Below, piece by piece: positions 1-10,415 of a stretch of DNA of 64,000 bases (position 1 is its first letter; each line of letters begins with the position of its first letter). Below the pieces are notes generated by a model that made no database searches, was not told where the DNA came from, and saw only the letters and a program-made list of their open reading frames with translations. Where the stretch lies: contig JBFJCP010000002.1 of assembly GCA_041615815.1 (NCBI GenBank), positions 128,001 to 192,000 on the forward strand, written 5' to 3'. This DNA is from Gemmatimonadales bacterium. Its GTDB lineage: Bacteria > Gemmatimonadota > Gemmatimonadetes > Gemmatimonadales > GWC2-71-9. A program made the translations under genes and the position numbers.

Positions 1-3000
1 AATCTTTCCCCGCACCTCCTCCAAGAGATCGTACGCTACCGGCACTACGACCAGCGTGAGCGCTGTCGCGCTCAGAAGCCCGCCAATGACGGCGAGGGCC
101 AGCGGGGCGCGGAGGTCCGCACCCCGCCCCACGCCAAGCGCCATGGGGGTGAGACCCAGCACCGTGGTCACCGTGGTCATCACGATGGGACGAAGCCGGA
201 CCCGACCCGCCTCGAGAATCGCGGTCCGCAGTGCCATTCCTTCTTTCCGCAGCTGATTGATGAAATCCACCTTGACGATGGCGTCGTTCACGACGATCCC
301 GACGAGGATCACCAGACCGATCAGGCTCATGGTGTTCAGGCCTTCACCTGCCACGAACAGCGCCACCGCCGCTCCCACCGTCGCCAATGGCACGCTGAGT
401 AGGATCGTGAAGGGATGAATCAGCGATTCGAACTGGGCCGCCAGAATCATGTAGACGAGCAACAGTGCCAGACCAAACGCAAAGGCCAGTTCGCGGAAGC
501 TCTTGGTGCGCTCATCGTTCGCGCCCCCAACCTCTACCCGTACCCCGCCGGGCGGCGGTGCCTGTCGAAGCTCCTCCCTGGCGGCTGCCACCGCCGCATC
601 GAGACCGTCCACCGCGTCCGCGTGGACGGTCACGGTGCGCGACTGCTCGAGCCGCCGGACCTCAGAGGGACCGACTTCTTCGTATGTTGCGACCAACTCC
701 CTCAAGGGCACCCCATTCACTTGCAACGTGCGCAGTGTCCCGAGCGATTGGCGCTCTGCTTCCGGAAACCGTACCACCACGGGAACCTTCTCATCGAAGT
801 CGAGGAACTCCGTTGCCAAGTTACCGCGCATGGCGTGCTGCACCGTTTGGGCAATCACACGCGGCTCGATGCCGAATGCTGCTGCCCGTTCCCGATCGAT
901 CTCCACTCGAATCTCGGGCTGACCCTCTTCTGTTGCCACACGGACGTTGGTGAGGGATGGCGATTTCACCATTCGGTCCGCGACAGCGATGGCGTAGTTC
1001 CTTATTGCGGCGAGATCATCCCCCCTCACGCGGACGGCCAAGTCTGCTTCATCGCCCCCCAATAGCCGTCCCAACGCGGTAGCCGTTCCCGTTTCAATGG
1101 CAAATACGCCAGCGGGAACATCGGCCAACGCCGTCCGCAGTGACGCCACTGCCTGCGACGTCGCCTCACCGACCCGTAGACGAACATCCACCACGGCCGT
1201 GTGGAGTCCACTCTCGTCGTTTTCGACTCCGGCAACCGCTTCCTGCCTGCCGACACGAGTGAACACGGAAAGCACTGCCGGATCGGCGAGCGCCGCCCGC
1301 TCGACCCGGGCGGCAAACATCTCGGTCTCCTCGATGGGCGTGCCGCGGGCGAGCGCGATGCGAACACGGAACGCACCTTGATCCACCTCTGGCAACACAT
1401 CTCGATCGAGCAAGGCACCCACCATCACGCCGACCACCAGTGCCAAAGCTGCCAGCCCCACGACCCGAGCGCGCTGTCCGAGCGCCGCCACGAGAATCCG
1501 ATGATACCAATCGGCGAACGATCGGAAAGATCGGTCGAAGGCGTCGAGGAGCGGTCGGAATACCCGTCGGCTGATCGACCCCACGCTTACCCACATGTCA
1601 ACCACCAGCCGGCGGAGTCCCGTGGCTCGGGTCCCGTCTCCGGTGCGGGCCGCCATCATTGGCAGGAGCGTAACCGCCACGAGCAGGCTCGCCAGCAACG
1701 AACACGCAACGGCGAGCGACAACGCACCGAAGAGTTCTCCCGCCACGCCTTCGACGTACAGGATAGGTGCAAACACGCTGATGGTCGTGAGCGTCGATGC
1801 CGTAATGGCTCCTCGCACTTCATCCGTGCCGCGCTCCGCCGAATCCGTCGTTGCCTCACCCAGCTCTTGATGCCGAAAGATGTTCTCCAGGACGACGATC
1901 GAGTTGTCGACGAGCATGCCGATACCCAGCGCCAGACCACCGAGACTCATGATGTTGAGTGTGACACCGGCCAGATCGAGCAGCGAAAACGTGGCCACCA
2001 CCGAGATCGGGATCGCGAGTGCAACCGCCACCGGATAGCGCGCATTCCCGAGAAACAGGAACAGCACCACAAACGCGAGGATGCCTCCAAGGACCAGGGC
2101 TTGGACCACGTTGGCGATCGCCTCCGTGATGAATCCCGCCTGACTCATGGCCACGTCGAGACGCATCTCGGGATACTCACGTCGAAGTTGACCCAATACC
2201 GCGTCGACATCGTCGGCAACCCGAACCGTGTTGGCACCAGACTCCTTGAAGAGCAAGAGTCCAACAGCCTCAACGCCTCCATGCCGTGCCGCGGATTCGC
2301 GCTCGCGGAATCCGTCTTCGATGACAGCCACGTCCCGTAGCAGGATGAGATTTTCGGCATCGTCGGTGTCGGGATTCAGCGGTACGTCGCCGATCTCCCC
2401 GACTGTTTGGAATTCCCCCAGCGTTCGAAGCGCGTAGCGGTAGCGGCCGCGCCGGATGGTGCCGCCCGGCGCACTTTCGTTGGCTGCGTCGATGGCGTCG
2501 CTGATCTGGTCGATCGTGAGTCCGTACGTCTCGAGGAGCGCCGGATCCACATCCACGTGGATCTCTCGCTCGAGGCCACCCGTTACCGCGGCTTCCGCAA
2601 CACCGTCGATCTGCTCCAGGCGTCGCTTGAAGATCGACTCCGCCAGATCCTTGAGCCCAGCGAGATCGGAGCCGCCCGCAAGCGAGAGCGCCATGATCGG
2701 TTCGGCGTTGGGGTCGGTTCGCAGCACGACGGGTCGGTCCGCCAGGTCTGGAAGCGCGTCACGAATGTTATCGAGCTGCTCGCGGACACCCAGCACGGCA
2801 AAATCCATGTTCGTCCCCCACACAAACCTGAGGGTCACGAGCGACACACCTTCTCGCGATACGCTCTCCACGCGTTCCACACCGGGAACCCGTGCCGTAG
2901 CGCGCTCTATGGGCTCGGTGACGAACTGCTCGACCTCGGCCGGAGCCACATCGGGATACCCCGTGTAGATCACGAGCCGTGGGTAGGCGATGTCGGGAAG

Positions 3001-3108
3001 CAGGTCGATGGGGAGACGGGCGAACGAGATGAGGCCGAGGAACATGACGCCGACGAAGAACATGGCCACCGCCACCGGCCGCCGAATGGCGAGGCGAGAG
3101 AGACTCAC
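1..3108 (-). CDS. RND efflux transporter permease (AcrB/AcrD/AcrF family); 3' end runs off the window
   Basis: Manual translation from GTG at 3108: VSLSRLAIRRPVAVAMFF...LPIDLLPDIAYP...GMLVDNSIVVLENI; the window edge reads LTLVVVPVAYDLLEEVRGKI (last TM helix). GTGA overlap with the TolC stop. Not in the ORF track because there is no stop codon in the window. Confidence 0.95.
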   Translation of the reverse strand, partial: MSLSRLAIRRPVAVAMFFVGVMFLGLISFARLPIDLLPDIAYPRLVIYTGYPDVAPAEVEQFVTEPIERATARVPGVERVESVSREGVSLVTLRFVWGTNMDFAVLGVREQLDNIRDALPDLADRPVVLRTDPNAEPIMALSLAGGSDLAGLKDLAESIFKRRLEQIDGVAEAAVTGGLEREIHVDVDPALLETYGLTIDQISDAIDAANESAPGGTIRRGRYRYALRTLGEFQTVGEIGDVPLNPDTDDAENLILLRDVAVIEDGFRERESAARHGGVEAVGLLLFKESGANTVRVADDVDAVLGQLRREYPEMRLDVAMSQAGFITEAIANVVQALVLGGILAFVVLFLFLGNARYPVAVALAIPISVVATFSLLDLAGVTLNIMSLGGLALGIGMLVDNSIVVLENIFRHQELGEATTDSAERGTDEVRGAITASTLTTISVFAPILYVEGVAGELFGALSLAVACSLLASLLVAVTLLPMMAARTGDGTRATGLRRLVVDMWVSVGSISRRVFRPLLDAFDRSFRSFADWYHRILVAALGQRARVVGLAALALVVGVMVGALLDRDVLPEVDQGAFRVRIALARGTPIEETEMFAARVERAALADPAVLSVFTRVGRQEAVAGVENDESGLHTAVVDVRLRVGEATSQAVASLRTALADVPAGVFAIETGTATALGRLLGGDEADLAVRVRGDDLAAIRNYAIAVADRMVKSPSLTNVRVATEEGQPEIRVEIDRERAAAFGIEPRVIAQTVQHAMRGNLATEFLDFDEKVPVVVRFPEAERQSLGTLRTLQVNGVPLRELVATYEEVGPSEVRRLEQSRTVTVHADAVDGLDAAVAAAREELRQAPPPGGVRVEVGGANDERTKSFRELAFAFGLALLLVYMILAAQFESLIHPFTILLSVPLATVGAAVALFVAGEGLNTMSLIGLVILVGIVVNDAIVKVDFINQLRKEGMALRTAILEAGRVRLRPIVMTTVTTVLGLTPMALGVGRGADLRAPLALAVIGGLLSATALTLVVVPVAYDLLEEVRGKI

Positions 3109-4451
3109 GGTTGAATGCGCTCGCCCACCAGTTCCTGCACCGTGGCCAGGGCCGTCGCGAACTCCATGCTGGCGGTGAGCGCCTGCCGTTCGTCGTCTGC
3201 GGACCGCGTCACGATTTGCTGCAGCTCCGTGAATCCGAGCGAACCCGCCCGGTATTGCTCCCGCGCCATCTCGACTCTCCGGCGCCCGAGCTCTGCAGAC
3301 CGGCGAGCCAGCTGCACGGTCCGAAACGCGTTCCCCAGGTCGATGATCGCGCTTCGCACCTCTCGCTCGAGCCGCAAACGCTCTTCTCGCAGGTCCTCCC
3401 GCGCCGCTTCCTCGGAAGCGGCCGCGCGCGCGATCGTCTGGGATGTCTGAAACCCGCTGAACAAGGGAATACTCGCCGTGAGACTGAACCCAACGTTCCG
3501 ATCCTTTGGATTCAGATCGAACAGTGCATCGTAGCTGTTGCGGTTCGAGAATCGCGTAAAGCTCCCTCTCGCCTCGAGCGTGGGCCAGCGGACCGCTCGC
3601 GCGGCACCGGTCTGATAGTCCGCTTCCGCAACCCGCGCGGTGGCGACTTCGATTCTCGGGTGACGCGCGATCGCGCGGCGAACCAATGCTTCCGTATCGA
3701 GCGCTCGCACGTCGAAGGGCGACGGGAAATCCCCCACCGGCTCGAACCCGGCCTCACCCTCGATACCCATCTCCTGTGCGAGCGTGAGCGTTGCCTTCCG
3801 GGCGTCGCCGCGCGCCCGCTCCAGCGATTGCTCCTGCCGCGCGACCTCGATCTCCGCTCCGAGTACGTCCACCTGCGTCTGTCCCGCCACACCGAAAAGC
3901 CGTTCGGTGGCGGCGAGCTCCTCGCGCCGCGCAGCGAGCAGCCGTTGCTCGATCTCGACCAAAAGCTGCGCCCGACGAGCATCGTAGAACCGCCTGGTGA
4001 TCTCCGCGTCGAGCCGAAGCGCCTCGGCATCCACCGCTCGGTCGAGCGCCGCCGCCCCCGCCCGCGCGGCCTTCAGCGTGTTCACGTTCCGAAACCCGTC
4101 GAACAGCGTGAGGCTCGCACCGACGGTCTGGCTGGCACCGCTCGACTGGAAGGTGATCGGGCTGGGAAGCTCTACCGGTTGGCCAAAATCGTCTTCTCCG
4201 GTCACCCGCGTGAGCGACGAGCCGGTGAAGGAGAGACCGCCCTCGACCCTCGGCAGAAAACTCCCGATGCCTGCGCGAATGTCGGCGCCAGTGGCATCCG
4301 CCTGTGCCTGGGATCTGAGCAAGGCCGGATTGCGCTGCCGCGCCAGCCGCAGCGCGTCCTCCAGGGTGAGCCGTTCTGGGATCTCCTGCGCGTTGATTGG
4401 ACCTACTCCGCCCATCAGAAGAAGTGTCAGGTAGAACAGTCCGGTCCTCAT
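3105..4451 (-). CDS. TolC family outer membrane efflux protein
   Basis: Signal peptide MRTGLFYL..INAQ, then LTLEDALRLARQRNP and two OEP repeats (ASLTLFDG / ASIPLFSG). Start moved to ATG 4451. Confidence 0.92.
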   Translation of the reverse strand: MRTGLFYLTLLLMGGVGPINAQEIPERLTLEDALRLARQRNPALLRSQAQADATGADIRAGIGSFLPRVEGGLSFTGSSLTRVTGEDDFGQPVELPSPITFQSSGASQTVGASLTLFDGFRNVNTLKAARAGAAALDRAVDAEALRLDAEITRRFYDARRAQLLVEIEQRLLAARREELAATERLFGVAGQTQVDVLGAEIEVARQEQSLERARGDARKATLTLAQEMGIEGEAGFEPVGDFPSPFDVRALDTEALVRRAIARHPRIEVATARVAEADYQTGAARAVRWPTLEARGSFTRFSNRNSYDALFDLNPKDRNVGFSLTASIPLFSGFQTSQTIARAAASEEAAREDLREERLRLEREVRSAIIDLGNAFRTVQLARRSAELGRRRVEMAREQYRAGSLGFTELQQIVTRSADDERQALTASMEFATALATVQELVGERIQP

Positions 4452-4503
4452 TCTGTTCTGCCTCTTCTGCCCCTTCCGCCACCCTCGCCCCTTCCGCCGC
4501 CAT

Positions 4504-5691
4504 TCATCTCGGCCTCCCACCTTCAGCTCGCACATTCCCCACCAACCGCACCTGCGCATCATGGATCAAGGTGTAATGGCCATCGGTGAGCACGATCTCA
4601 CCCCGCCCGACCATCTCGGTCTCGGGATTCTCGACGATCTCAACCACGGAGTCGTTGGCCAGCCCGGTCGTCACGTACCGCCATTTGGCGAGTCCGAGCG
4701 CACTCTCCCCCTCGAACACGAAGAGCATGGTGCGACGGTCTCGCTCGAGAACGGCGGCTCGAGGCACTAAGATGCGATCGGGAAACTGGCGGGCCTCGAG
4801 CGACACACGGGCGTACATGCCGGGGAGAATGCGACCGTCCGAGTTCGGAATGTTGACTGTCACTCGCGCCGTTCGGGTATCGCGCTCGACCACCGGATTG
4901 ATCGTCGCGATACGTCCCGTGAATGTCTCGCCCGGGTAGGCCGCAAAACGTACCGATGCGCCGCGACCCGGCGTGAGTAGCGCCACCTCGCTTTCGAGAA
5001 CCTTGACCTCCACGCGGATGGGTTCGAGATCGACCACGGTGAGTAGCTCGTCACCCTCGCCGACCCACTGTCCCTCCACGATCTCGATGTTGGCGACCCG
5101 TCCCGCGAACGGTGCCGATACGCGGGTACGCTGGAGCCGCAGTTGCGCCTCTTGGAGACTCACTCGCCCCTCGTCTAACCCGCTCTTGGCCCGCGCCACG
5201 CGATCGCGCTCGGCGCGCACCACGGAGTCCTGGATCTCGTCGTCGAACAGCGTCAGCTCGCGGTACTCGGCCTGGGCTCTGGCGAGCGCGGCTTCCGCTT
5301 TGGCCACGGCCAGCTCGTATTCGGTGGGATCGATCTCGATCAGCAGACGTCCGCCACCCACGCGATGATTCTCACCCACGTGAATCCTGGTGACACGACC
5401 CTGCACTTGCGCGCGAAGAGCGGCGCGTTTTGCCGCCGCGGCCTCGGCGGCCGCCGAGACGGAGATGACGAGCGTGTCGCGCACTACCGATGCTCCGGAG
5501 ACGGGGATCGCCGTGGCCGTGGAGAAGGCGCTCGTCGCCGGCACGTCGGACCCACCCCCGCTCGCCGCCGCAGTCTCGTCCACTCCCACCTTGTCCGCAG
5601 CACGCCCGATCCTGAGATAGATACCGCCCGCGAGGAGGATCAGCACGACCATGACGACGGAAAACCCAATGAGACGACTAGGCGGATGCAT
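4504..5691 (-). CDS. RND efflux periplasmic adaptor (membrane fusion protein)
   Basis: N-terminal TM, lipoyl halves (VQGRVTRIHV, VSAPFAGRV), helical hairpin, ILPGMYARV; in an operon with TolC and the RND permease. Confidence 0.95.
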   Translation of the reverse strand: MHPPSRLIGFSVVMVVLILLAGGIYLRIGRAADKVGVDETAAASGGGSDVPATSAFSTATAIPVSGASVVRDTLVISVSAAAEAAAAKRAALRAQVQGRVTRIHVGENHRVGGGRLLIEIDPTEYELAVAKAEAALARAQAEYRELTLFDDEIQDSVVRAERDRVARAKSGLDEGRVSLQEAQLRLQRTRVSAPFAGRVANIEIVEGQWVGEGDELLTVVDLEPIRVEVKVLESEVALLTPGRGASVRFAAYPGETFTGRIATINPVVERDTRTARVTVNIPNSDGRILPGMYARVSLEARQFPDRILVPRAAVLERDRRTMLFVFEGESALGLAKWRYVTTGLANDSVVEIVENPETEMVGRGEIVLTDGHYTLIHDAQVRLVGNVRAEGGRPR

Positions 5692-5882
5692 CGATGTGCT
5701 TCACTCCCGAGAAGGCGCTTGCTCGCCGGCGGCACGCCGATAGCCAACCCGTAGATGCGCCGCGCTCCCCCGTGGTCGCATCACGGAAGAGCCAGGAGCG
5801 CCACCGCGTGCAACAATTGTGAAAGATGAAGTCACTGAGCCGTGACAGACAGATCGAAGTCACGCACGAAGGGGCGATTTGG

Positions 5883-6098
5883 TCATTCCAGGAATCGGAC
5901 CTCGCCATGTTGGGGCGACGCCCATTCGTGGCAGAGGTCGGCCAAGTATCGAGCGAGCGACGAATCGTCGGCCCAATCCGGAATCGGGAAGTCATGAGGT
6001 GGCCGTCGCGTGCCCTCACCCTGCAAGGACCACACGAGCCACCGCGTGCCCTCGCGTTCCACACCCACCAGCCTCCCGAACACGTCGAATCGATGCAT
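5883..6098 (-). CDS. small conserved hypothetical protein (71 aa)
   Basis: MHRFDVFGR..EG.RRP..IP..YLADLCHEWA resembles a widespread small uncharacterised family. Confidence 0.7.
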   Translation of the reverse strand: MHRFDVFGRLVGVEREGTRWLVWSLQGEGTRRPPHDFPIPDWADDSSLARYLADLCHEWASPQHGEVRFLE

Positions 6099-6495
6099 TG
6101 GGATCACCCGCCTAGACGCGCCTTCGATCCAACACCGCCGCAACGGCCGCTGCCGCAACCGCTCCGGCAGTCACGATCGCCGCCAGTATGCGGGGAAGGA
6201 CATCACGTAGGTCACATGCGAGCCGCCAGGTGGACATGACGATCGCACAGCGAACACCGGACCTAACGATCCGCATAGACACGACTTGGGACGATGTCTC
6301 AGCATCGAAAAGCACGATCAGCAGGATGGCGGTCAAGAGTCCCCATACCGCCGTGTGCTTCCAGGACCAACCGAGGTTGCCAGCCACGCGTGCCCAGGCC
6401 CCCAACGGCCGAGCGCGCGTGGCCGACAGAAAAGTGGAGACTCGCTCGTAGGTGTCTCAAGATAGCTGCGCGGAGGCCCAGGGCGGTGACCGCGC

Positions 6496-7332
6496 TCACG
6501 CGGCCTCACCCGCGGTGCCGAAGCGATATAGGAAATTGGGCCGCCGATACATTTCAGTGAAGCCCAGCCGCAACAGATTGCGATAGGAGGGAGCGTCGTG
6601 ATCCGCCCTAGGCTCGGCGGCCTCGACCACGACCCCGCGACATCCCATGGCCTTGGCGTCCGCCAACCGCCGGTCGAGGAGCGCCGTCTGCGATCCCCGG
6701 CCCCGAGATGTCTCGAGCGTCGCCGCGAAGTCGATCCACGCCAAACCCTCGCACACGTAGAACGCACCCGTCGCCACTGGCTGTCCATCGAGCTCGGCCA
6801 GATAATGCGCCCAGCCGTCAAGGCCAACCGTGTGTGACACCAAATCTGCGATCGCCGGAGGCCAGTCGAACGATAAGGCGACGATCTCGGAAAATACTCG
6901 TGCTTCCGCTTGGCCAATCTGACGAACCTCGACAGCACTGCTCGTGGGCTTTGGAAGCTCCTCGAGATTTCGACACAGCCGCACCCAGCAGTTGTAGCGC
7001 TCGAATCCGAGCTCCAACAGCTGGGACGCGAGGCGGCCCTGGTGTGGCCCCGGCGGCACCTGTGCAAAGAACCGTGTTGCGTTGGCCAGCCGAAAGATTG
7101 AAACGATGCGCTCGAGATCGTCACCACCGATGGCTTGGTGGACACCGAGCGCCAGGACGCGGTTCAAGGCGAGGACATCCGCTGTGGATGCCACCACAAC
7201 CAGGGAGCCCGCCACGCGATGGATCTCGATCCCCGCGGCCGCTGCGAGCGATCGCGGCGCCGCACGATAGAAAGCCTCGAATGCCGCCATCTCGCAGGCT
7301 TCGGCCTCTGCAATGTCGAATGCTGAGGTCAC
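6496..7332 (-). CDS. GNAT family N-acetyltransferase
   Basis: C-terminal acetyl-CoA motif AATLETSRGRGSQTALL...SYRNLLRLGF. Confidence 0.9.
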   Translation of the reverse strand: MTSAFDIAEAEACEMAAFEAFYRAAPRSLAAAAGIEIHRVAGSLVVVASTADVLALNRVLALGVHQAIGGDDLERIVSIFRLANATRFFAQVPPGPHQGRLASQLLELGFERYNCWVRLCRNLEELPKPTSSAVEVRQIGQAEARVFSEIVALSFDWPPAIADLVSHTVGLDGWAHYLAELDGQPVATGAFYVCEGLAWIDFAATLETSRGRGSQTALLDRRLADAKAMGCRGVVVEAAEPRADHDAPSYRNLLRLGFTEMYRRPNFLYRFGTAGEAA

Positions 7333-7374
7333 CCAGGCTAACAGTGAGAGTGGGTTACGGGGGGATCGTGAGAC

Positions 7375-7923
7375 TCAGGGCTCGACCGCACCCACGAGCT
7401 CGGTGACCAGCTCACTGATCACGGACTCGAGTATCCCCTTCGAGGAGCAATGCACCGCATTGCCACTCACCGCCCGCGGCTTCCCCGAACCGTCCACGTA
7501 CGTCAAGATCTCGGTGCTCCCGTCTTCCCGCTGTCGCAGCGTGGTCACGACCGAGAGTATGACGTCGTACCGATCGGCGTTGGGCGTAGCCGTCACTCCG
7601 CGACCACAATCGATCAGGACCGAGAGCCGCTCACCGCCGATCTCGCGCGGTCGAAACCGTGGATTGCCGAACTGGCGGCCCTGCGGATCCGAAAGCGTCA
7701 CCGGGATGTCCAGCGTATCGTACACCGTGGGGAGAATCCGCCAGACGTCCATCATCGGCGCGCTCACCAAGCGCGTATTTACCCCGGGCTGGTTGAAAAT
7801 CTCGACGTCGAACGTGGGATGCGTCATCCGCGTGCGGGTTTCGGGAGCCGGCACGTCCGGATTCTGTGATGACGCGCAGGCGGCAGTGGCCAGAGTGGCC
7901 CAGCCGAGCGCCAGACGCTTCAC
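7375..7923 (-). CDS. hypothetical lipoprotein
   Basis: Lipobox-like TAAC after MKRLALGW; two further Cys (IDCG, VHCSS) that may form a disulfide. Confidence 0.7.
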   Translation of the reverse strand: MKRLALGWATLATAACASSQNPDVPAPETRTRMTHPTFDVEIFNQPGVNTRLVSAPMMDVWRILPTVYDTLDIPVTLSDPQGRQFGNPRFRPREIGGERLSVLIDCGRGVTATPNADRYDVILSVVTTLRQREDGSTEILTYVDGSGKPRAVSGNAVHCSSKGILESVISELVTELVGAVEP

Positions 7924-8278
7924 TGCCCGCAAGCGACCGCGTACCCGCGAACCTATGCAATGCGCCAACGGTCACCTTGGCCGTCTCGGCCAACTCCTCG
8001 GGGGGATAGCCATCAGTCACTGGGCAACTGACCCAGTGCGCAAGAATCTGGTATTGGCGGATCCGGTCTTCGCCCTTCTCCAACGCGGAGACCCATGGGC
8101 ATTGGCTAGCTTATCGCTCGGGACCTCACTCGGCAACGATGACCGGCGGGGCGCCAGGTGGTAGGACGCTCACCTGGGGCACCGGCTGCGACCCTTCCGT
8201 CCATTCCCGCATCTACCGGGTCGGACACCGACTGGTGACCTTTCGCCGTCCACTATTCGCACAACCACGAGGGAAGCA

Positions 8279-9466
8279 ATGCCACGGATTCTCCTTGGAT
8301 CATCCGCGACAATCATGATCGGTATGCTCGCAGTCGCGACAGCAGGTGCTGCAACAGCGCAGGCGCCCGAGCGCGTTCTCGCCAACCCCGACGCCACCTT
8401 CCCCGAGGCTTTCAGCCTGGTGCGCGGAGTGCGCGAGTTGCCCACCGGTCGGTTGATGATCGCCGATCCCTTGGGGCAGACCCTTGTGGTCGCGGACATG
8501 AACAACGGAACCGCCGACACGCTGGGCGGCGTAGGTAAAGGCCCGCGGGAATACGGACAACCCGATGGGGTCTTCGCGATGCCGGGAGACTCGACCCTGC
8601 TCGTCGACCTCGGTAACGGCCGGCTCACGATGCTCGGACCGGACGGTAGCTTCGGACCCACCACGCCGATCGCACGTGGAGGCGGTGGGCGCGGGATGGG
8701 CCCGGGCATGATGTTCATCCTCCCCCGCGCGGTGGATGCCCGCGGTCGGATCTATTTCCAGACGTTCGGGGCGGGCCCCGGCGGCGGGTTGCCGGACTCG
8801 GCACCCGTGATCCGCTGGGACCGCAGTTCGGACACCATGGATACCGTCGCCATGGTCAAGCTCCAGGAGCGCGATCGCAAGGAATCGGGTGGCCCCGGCA
8901 ACCGAAACGTCCAGATCCAACCCAAGCCACTCAGCCCCGAAGACGCCTGGCACGTGGCGCCCGACGGCAAGATCGCCATTGCCCGCGCCAGCGACTATCA
9001 CCTGGAATGGATTACACCGGGCGGAGGCGTGACCAAGAGCAATCCCGTCGACTACAAGCGCGTGCGGATCAAGCAGGCGGATAAGGAAGAGTGGGCCGAA
9101 GGTCTCAACAACGGACTTCGGATCTCGATGACGGTAAACAATGGGGATCGGCAGATGTCGATGCGGCGAGGGGGTGGCGGTGGCCAGTGGAGCGGGCCCG
9201 AGTTGAACACCTATGAGTGGCCCGATCACAAGCCACCGTTCGTGGCGAACGGGGTCTGGATCACCCCCGAAGGCAAAGCCTGGGTGGAACGCTCCGTTAC
9301 GGCCGGTGACCCGCGCTCGTTCGATGTCTTCAACGCCGACGGCGCACTCGAGCAGCGAATCACCCTACCCGCGGATCGCCGCCTCGTGGGTTTCGGAAAG
9401 GGAACGGTCTACCTGGTGCGGGTGGACGATTTGGATTTGCAGTGGTTGGAGAGGTATGGAAGATAG
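8279..9466 (+). CDS. secreted 6-bladed beta-propeller (NHL-like) protein
   Basis: Signal peptide; G.G.GP.EY motif (GKGPREYGQP); repeated beta-blade pattern; ends DDLDLQWLERY. Confidence 0.8.
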   Translation: MPRILLGSSATIMIGMLAVATAGAATAQAPERVLANPDATFPEAFSLVRGVRELPTGRLMIADPLGQTLVVADMNNGTADTLGGVGKGPREYGQPDGVFAMPGDSTLLVDLGNGRLTMLGPDGSFGPTTPIARGGGGRGMGPGMMFILPRAVDARGRIYFQTFGAGPGGGLPDSAPVIRWDRSSDTMDTVAMVKLQERDRKESGGPGNRNVQIQPKPLSPEDAWHVAPDGKIAIARASDYHLEWITPGGGVTKSNPVDYKRVRIKQADKEEWAEGLNNGLRISMTVNNGDRQMSMRRGGGGGQWSGPELNTYEWPDHKPPFVANGVWITPEGKAWVERSVTAGDPRSFDVFNADGALEQRITLPADRRLVGFGKGTVYLVRVDDLDLQWLERYGR

Positions 9467-9570
9467 GGATCAGGGGCTAGGGGTTAGTGGGTCAAGGGGG
9501 GGGGTAGGGGCCGGGGCTTGGGCGTGGGCTCCGAACCCCAACCCGCTGCCGGCTCGAAAAGCCTAGCCCC

Positions 9571-10374
9571 CTAATCCCTTGGCCCTGCTTTCACATACCC
9601 ATGCACTTGCCACCGGGTCAGCGGACTCTCACCGCTGGCCCGGAAGAGTTCAAACGCAGCCGTGGCGGTGATGCGTGTCGCTCCTCCCGTCGTCGGATCC
9701 CCAAAAGCGTACTGCAATCCACCGGCGCCTTCGACCGCTGCATACTGTTCGATGAGGGCTCGCAAGTCTGGCCGCTCGAGATCGAACGGTTCCCAATCCG
9801 TGGTGGCGATTACTCCCTCGTAGCGCAATCCGCGGTCCGGTGCGGCGAGACTCTCGATCCGGCTCGTGTCGTACTGCACAGAAATCTGGAGCCAGAGGAG
9901 TCCGTCAGGCTTCAGGAATGGGATCACGTCCTTCGCCACGCGACGGCGGACCGCAAATCCGTCATCGCCGCTGCTTCCAGGTGGATTCGCGACGACGAAG
10001 TCGACCCGACCTCGAGAGTCGTCGAGGCGCTGACGAGCCCTGGAATCGAACGGGCGGAGCGAGTCGCTGTGCAGCACCGTGACTCGCTCGCGCACGCCGT
10101 TGTGTTTCACGTTGGCGCGGGTCGCAGATACGTCGTTCTGAGACAGTTCGAGCGCGATCACGTGTCGCACTGCCGGGTTCTTCGCCAGCGTGATGGCGAT
10201 GCAGCCCGTGCCGCTTCCCCAATCGACCCCCAATCCCGAGAGGCGATCGGCATGCAAGGTCACCGCCCTGAGCATGATGGCGCTCGCGGGCGTAATGGGC
10301 GTAACGGTCGGCCCGTGCACGATGCGGATGGGCGCAAAAGAACCTATGTGCTCTTCGTCGAGGACGGTTTCCAT
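9571..10374 (-). CDS. class I SAM-dependent methyltransferase (HemK/PrmC-like, NPP motif)
   Basis: Motif I VDWGSGTGCIA and motif IV DFVVANPP. Confidence 0.88.
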   Translation of the reverse strand: METVLDEEHIGSFAPIRIVHGPTVTPITPASAIMLRAVTLHADRLSGLGVDWGSGTGCIAITLAKNPAVRHVIALELSQNDVSATRANVKHNGVRERVTVLHSDSLRPFDSRARQRLDDSRGRVDFVVANPPGSSGDDGFAVRRRVAKDVIPFLKPDGLLWLQISVQYDTSRIESLAAPDRGLRYEGVIATTDWEPFDLERPDLRALIEQYAAVEGAGGLQYAFGDPTTGGATRITATAAFELFRASGESPLTRWQVHGYVKAGPRD

Positions 10375-10415
10375 AGGTAGTAGTATCGTTTTCTGCGCCC
10401 CTGCCGGCCCTGCTA

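Noticed and set aside
415..4589. Long plus-strand ORFs (415..1065, 1201..2340, 2407..3114, 3111..4589) and similar shadow ORFs throughout the window
   Set aside because: They are antisense shadows of well-supported genes, expected in high-GC DNA, and carry no motifs
5730..5745. CGGCACGCCGATAGCC sigma-54-like motif
   Set aside because: Mismatch in the -12 box and it points away from any credible gene
6112..6499. Possible membrane protein or frameshifted gene between the GNAT gene and the small hypothetical
   Set aside because: Hydrophobic stretches are present, but there is no good start or RBS, an in-frame TGA lies upstream, and I recognise no homology
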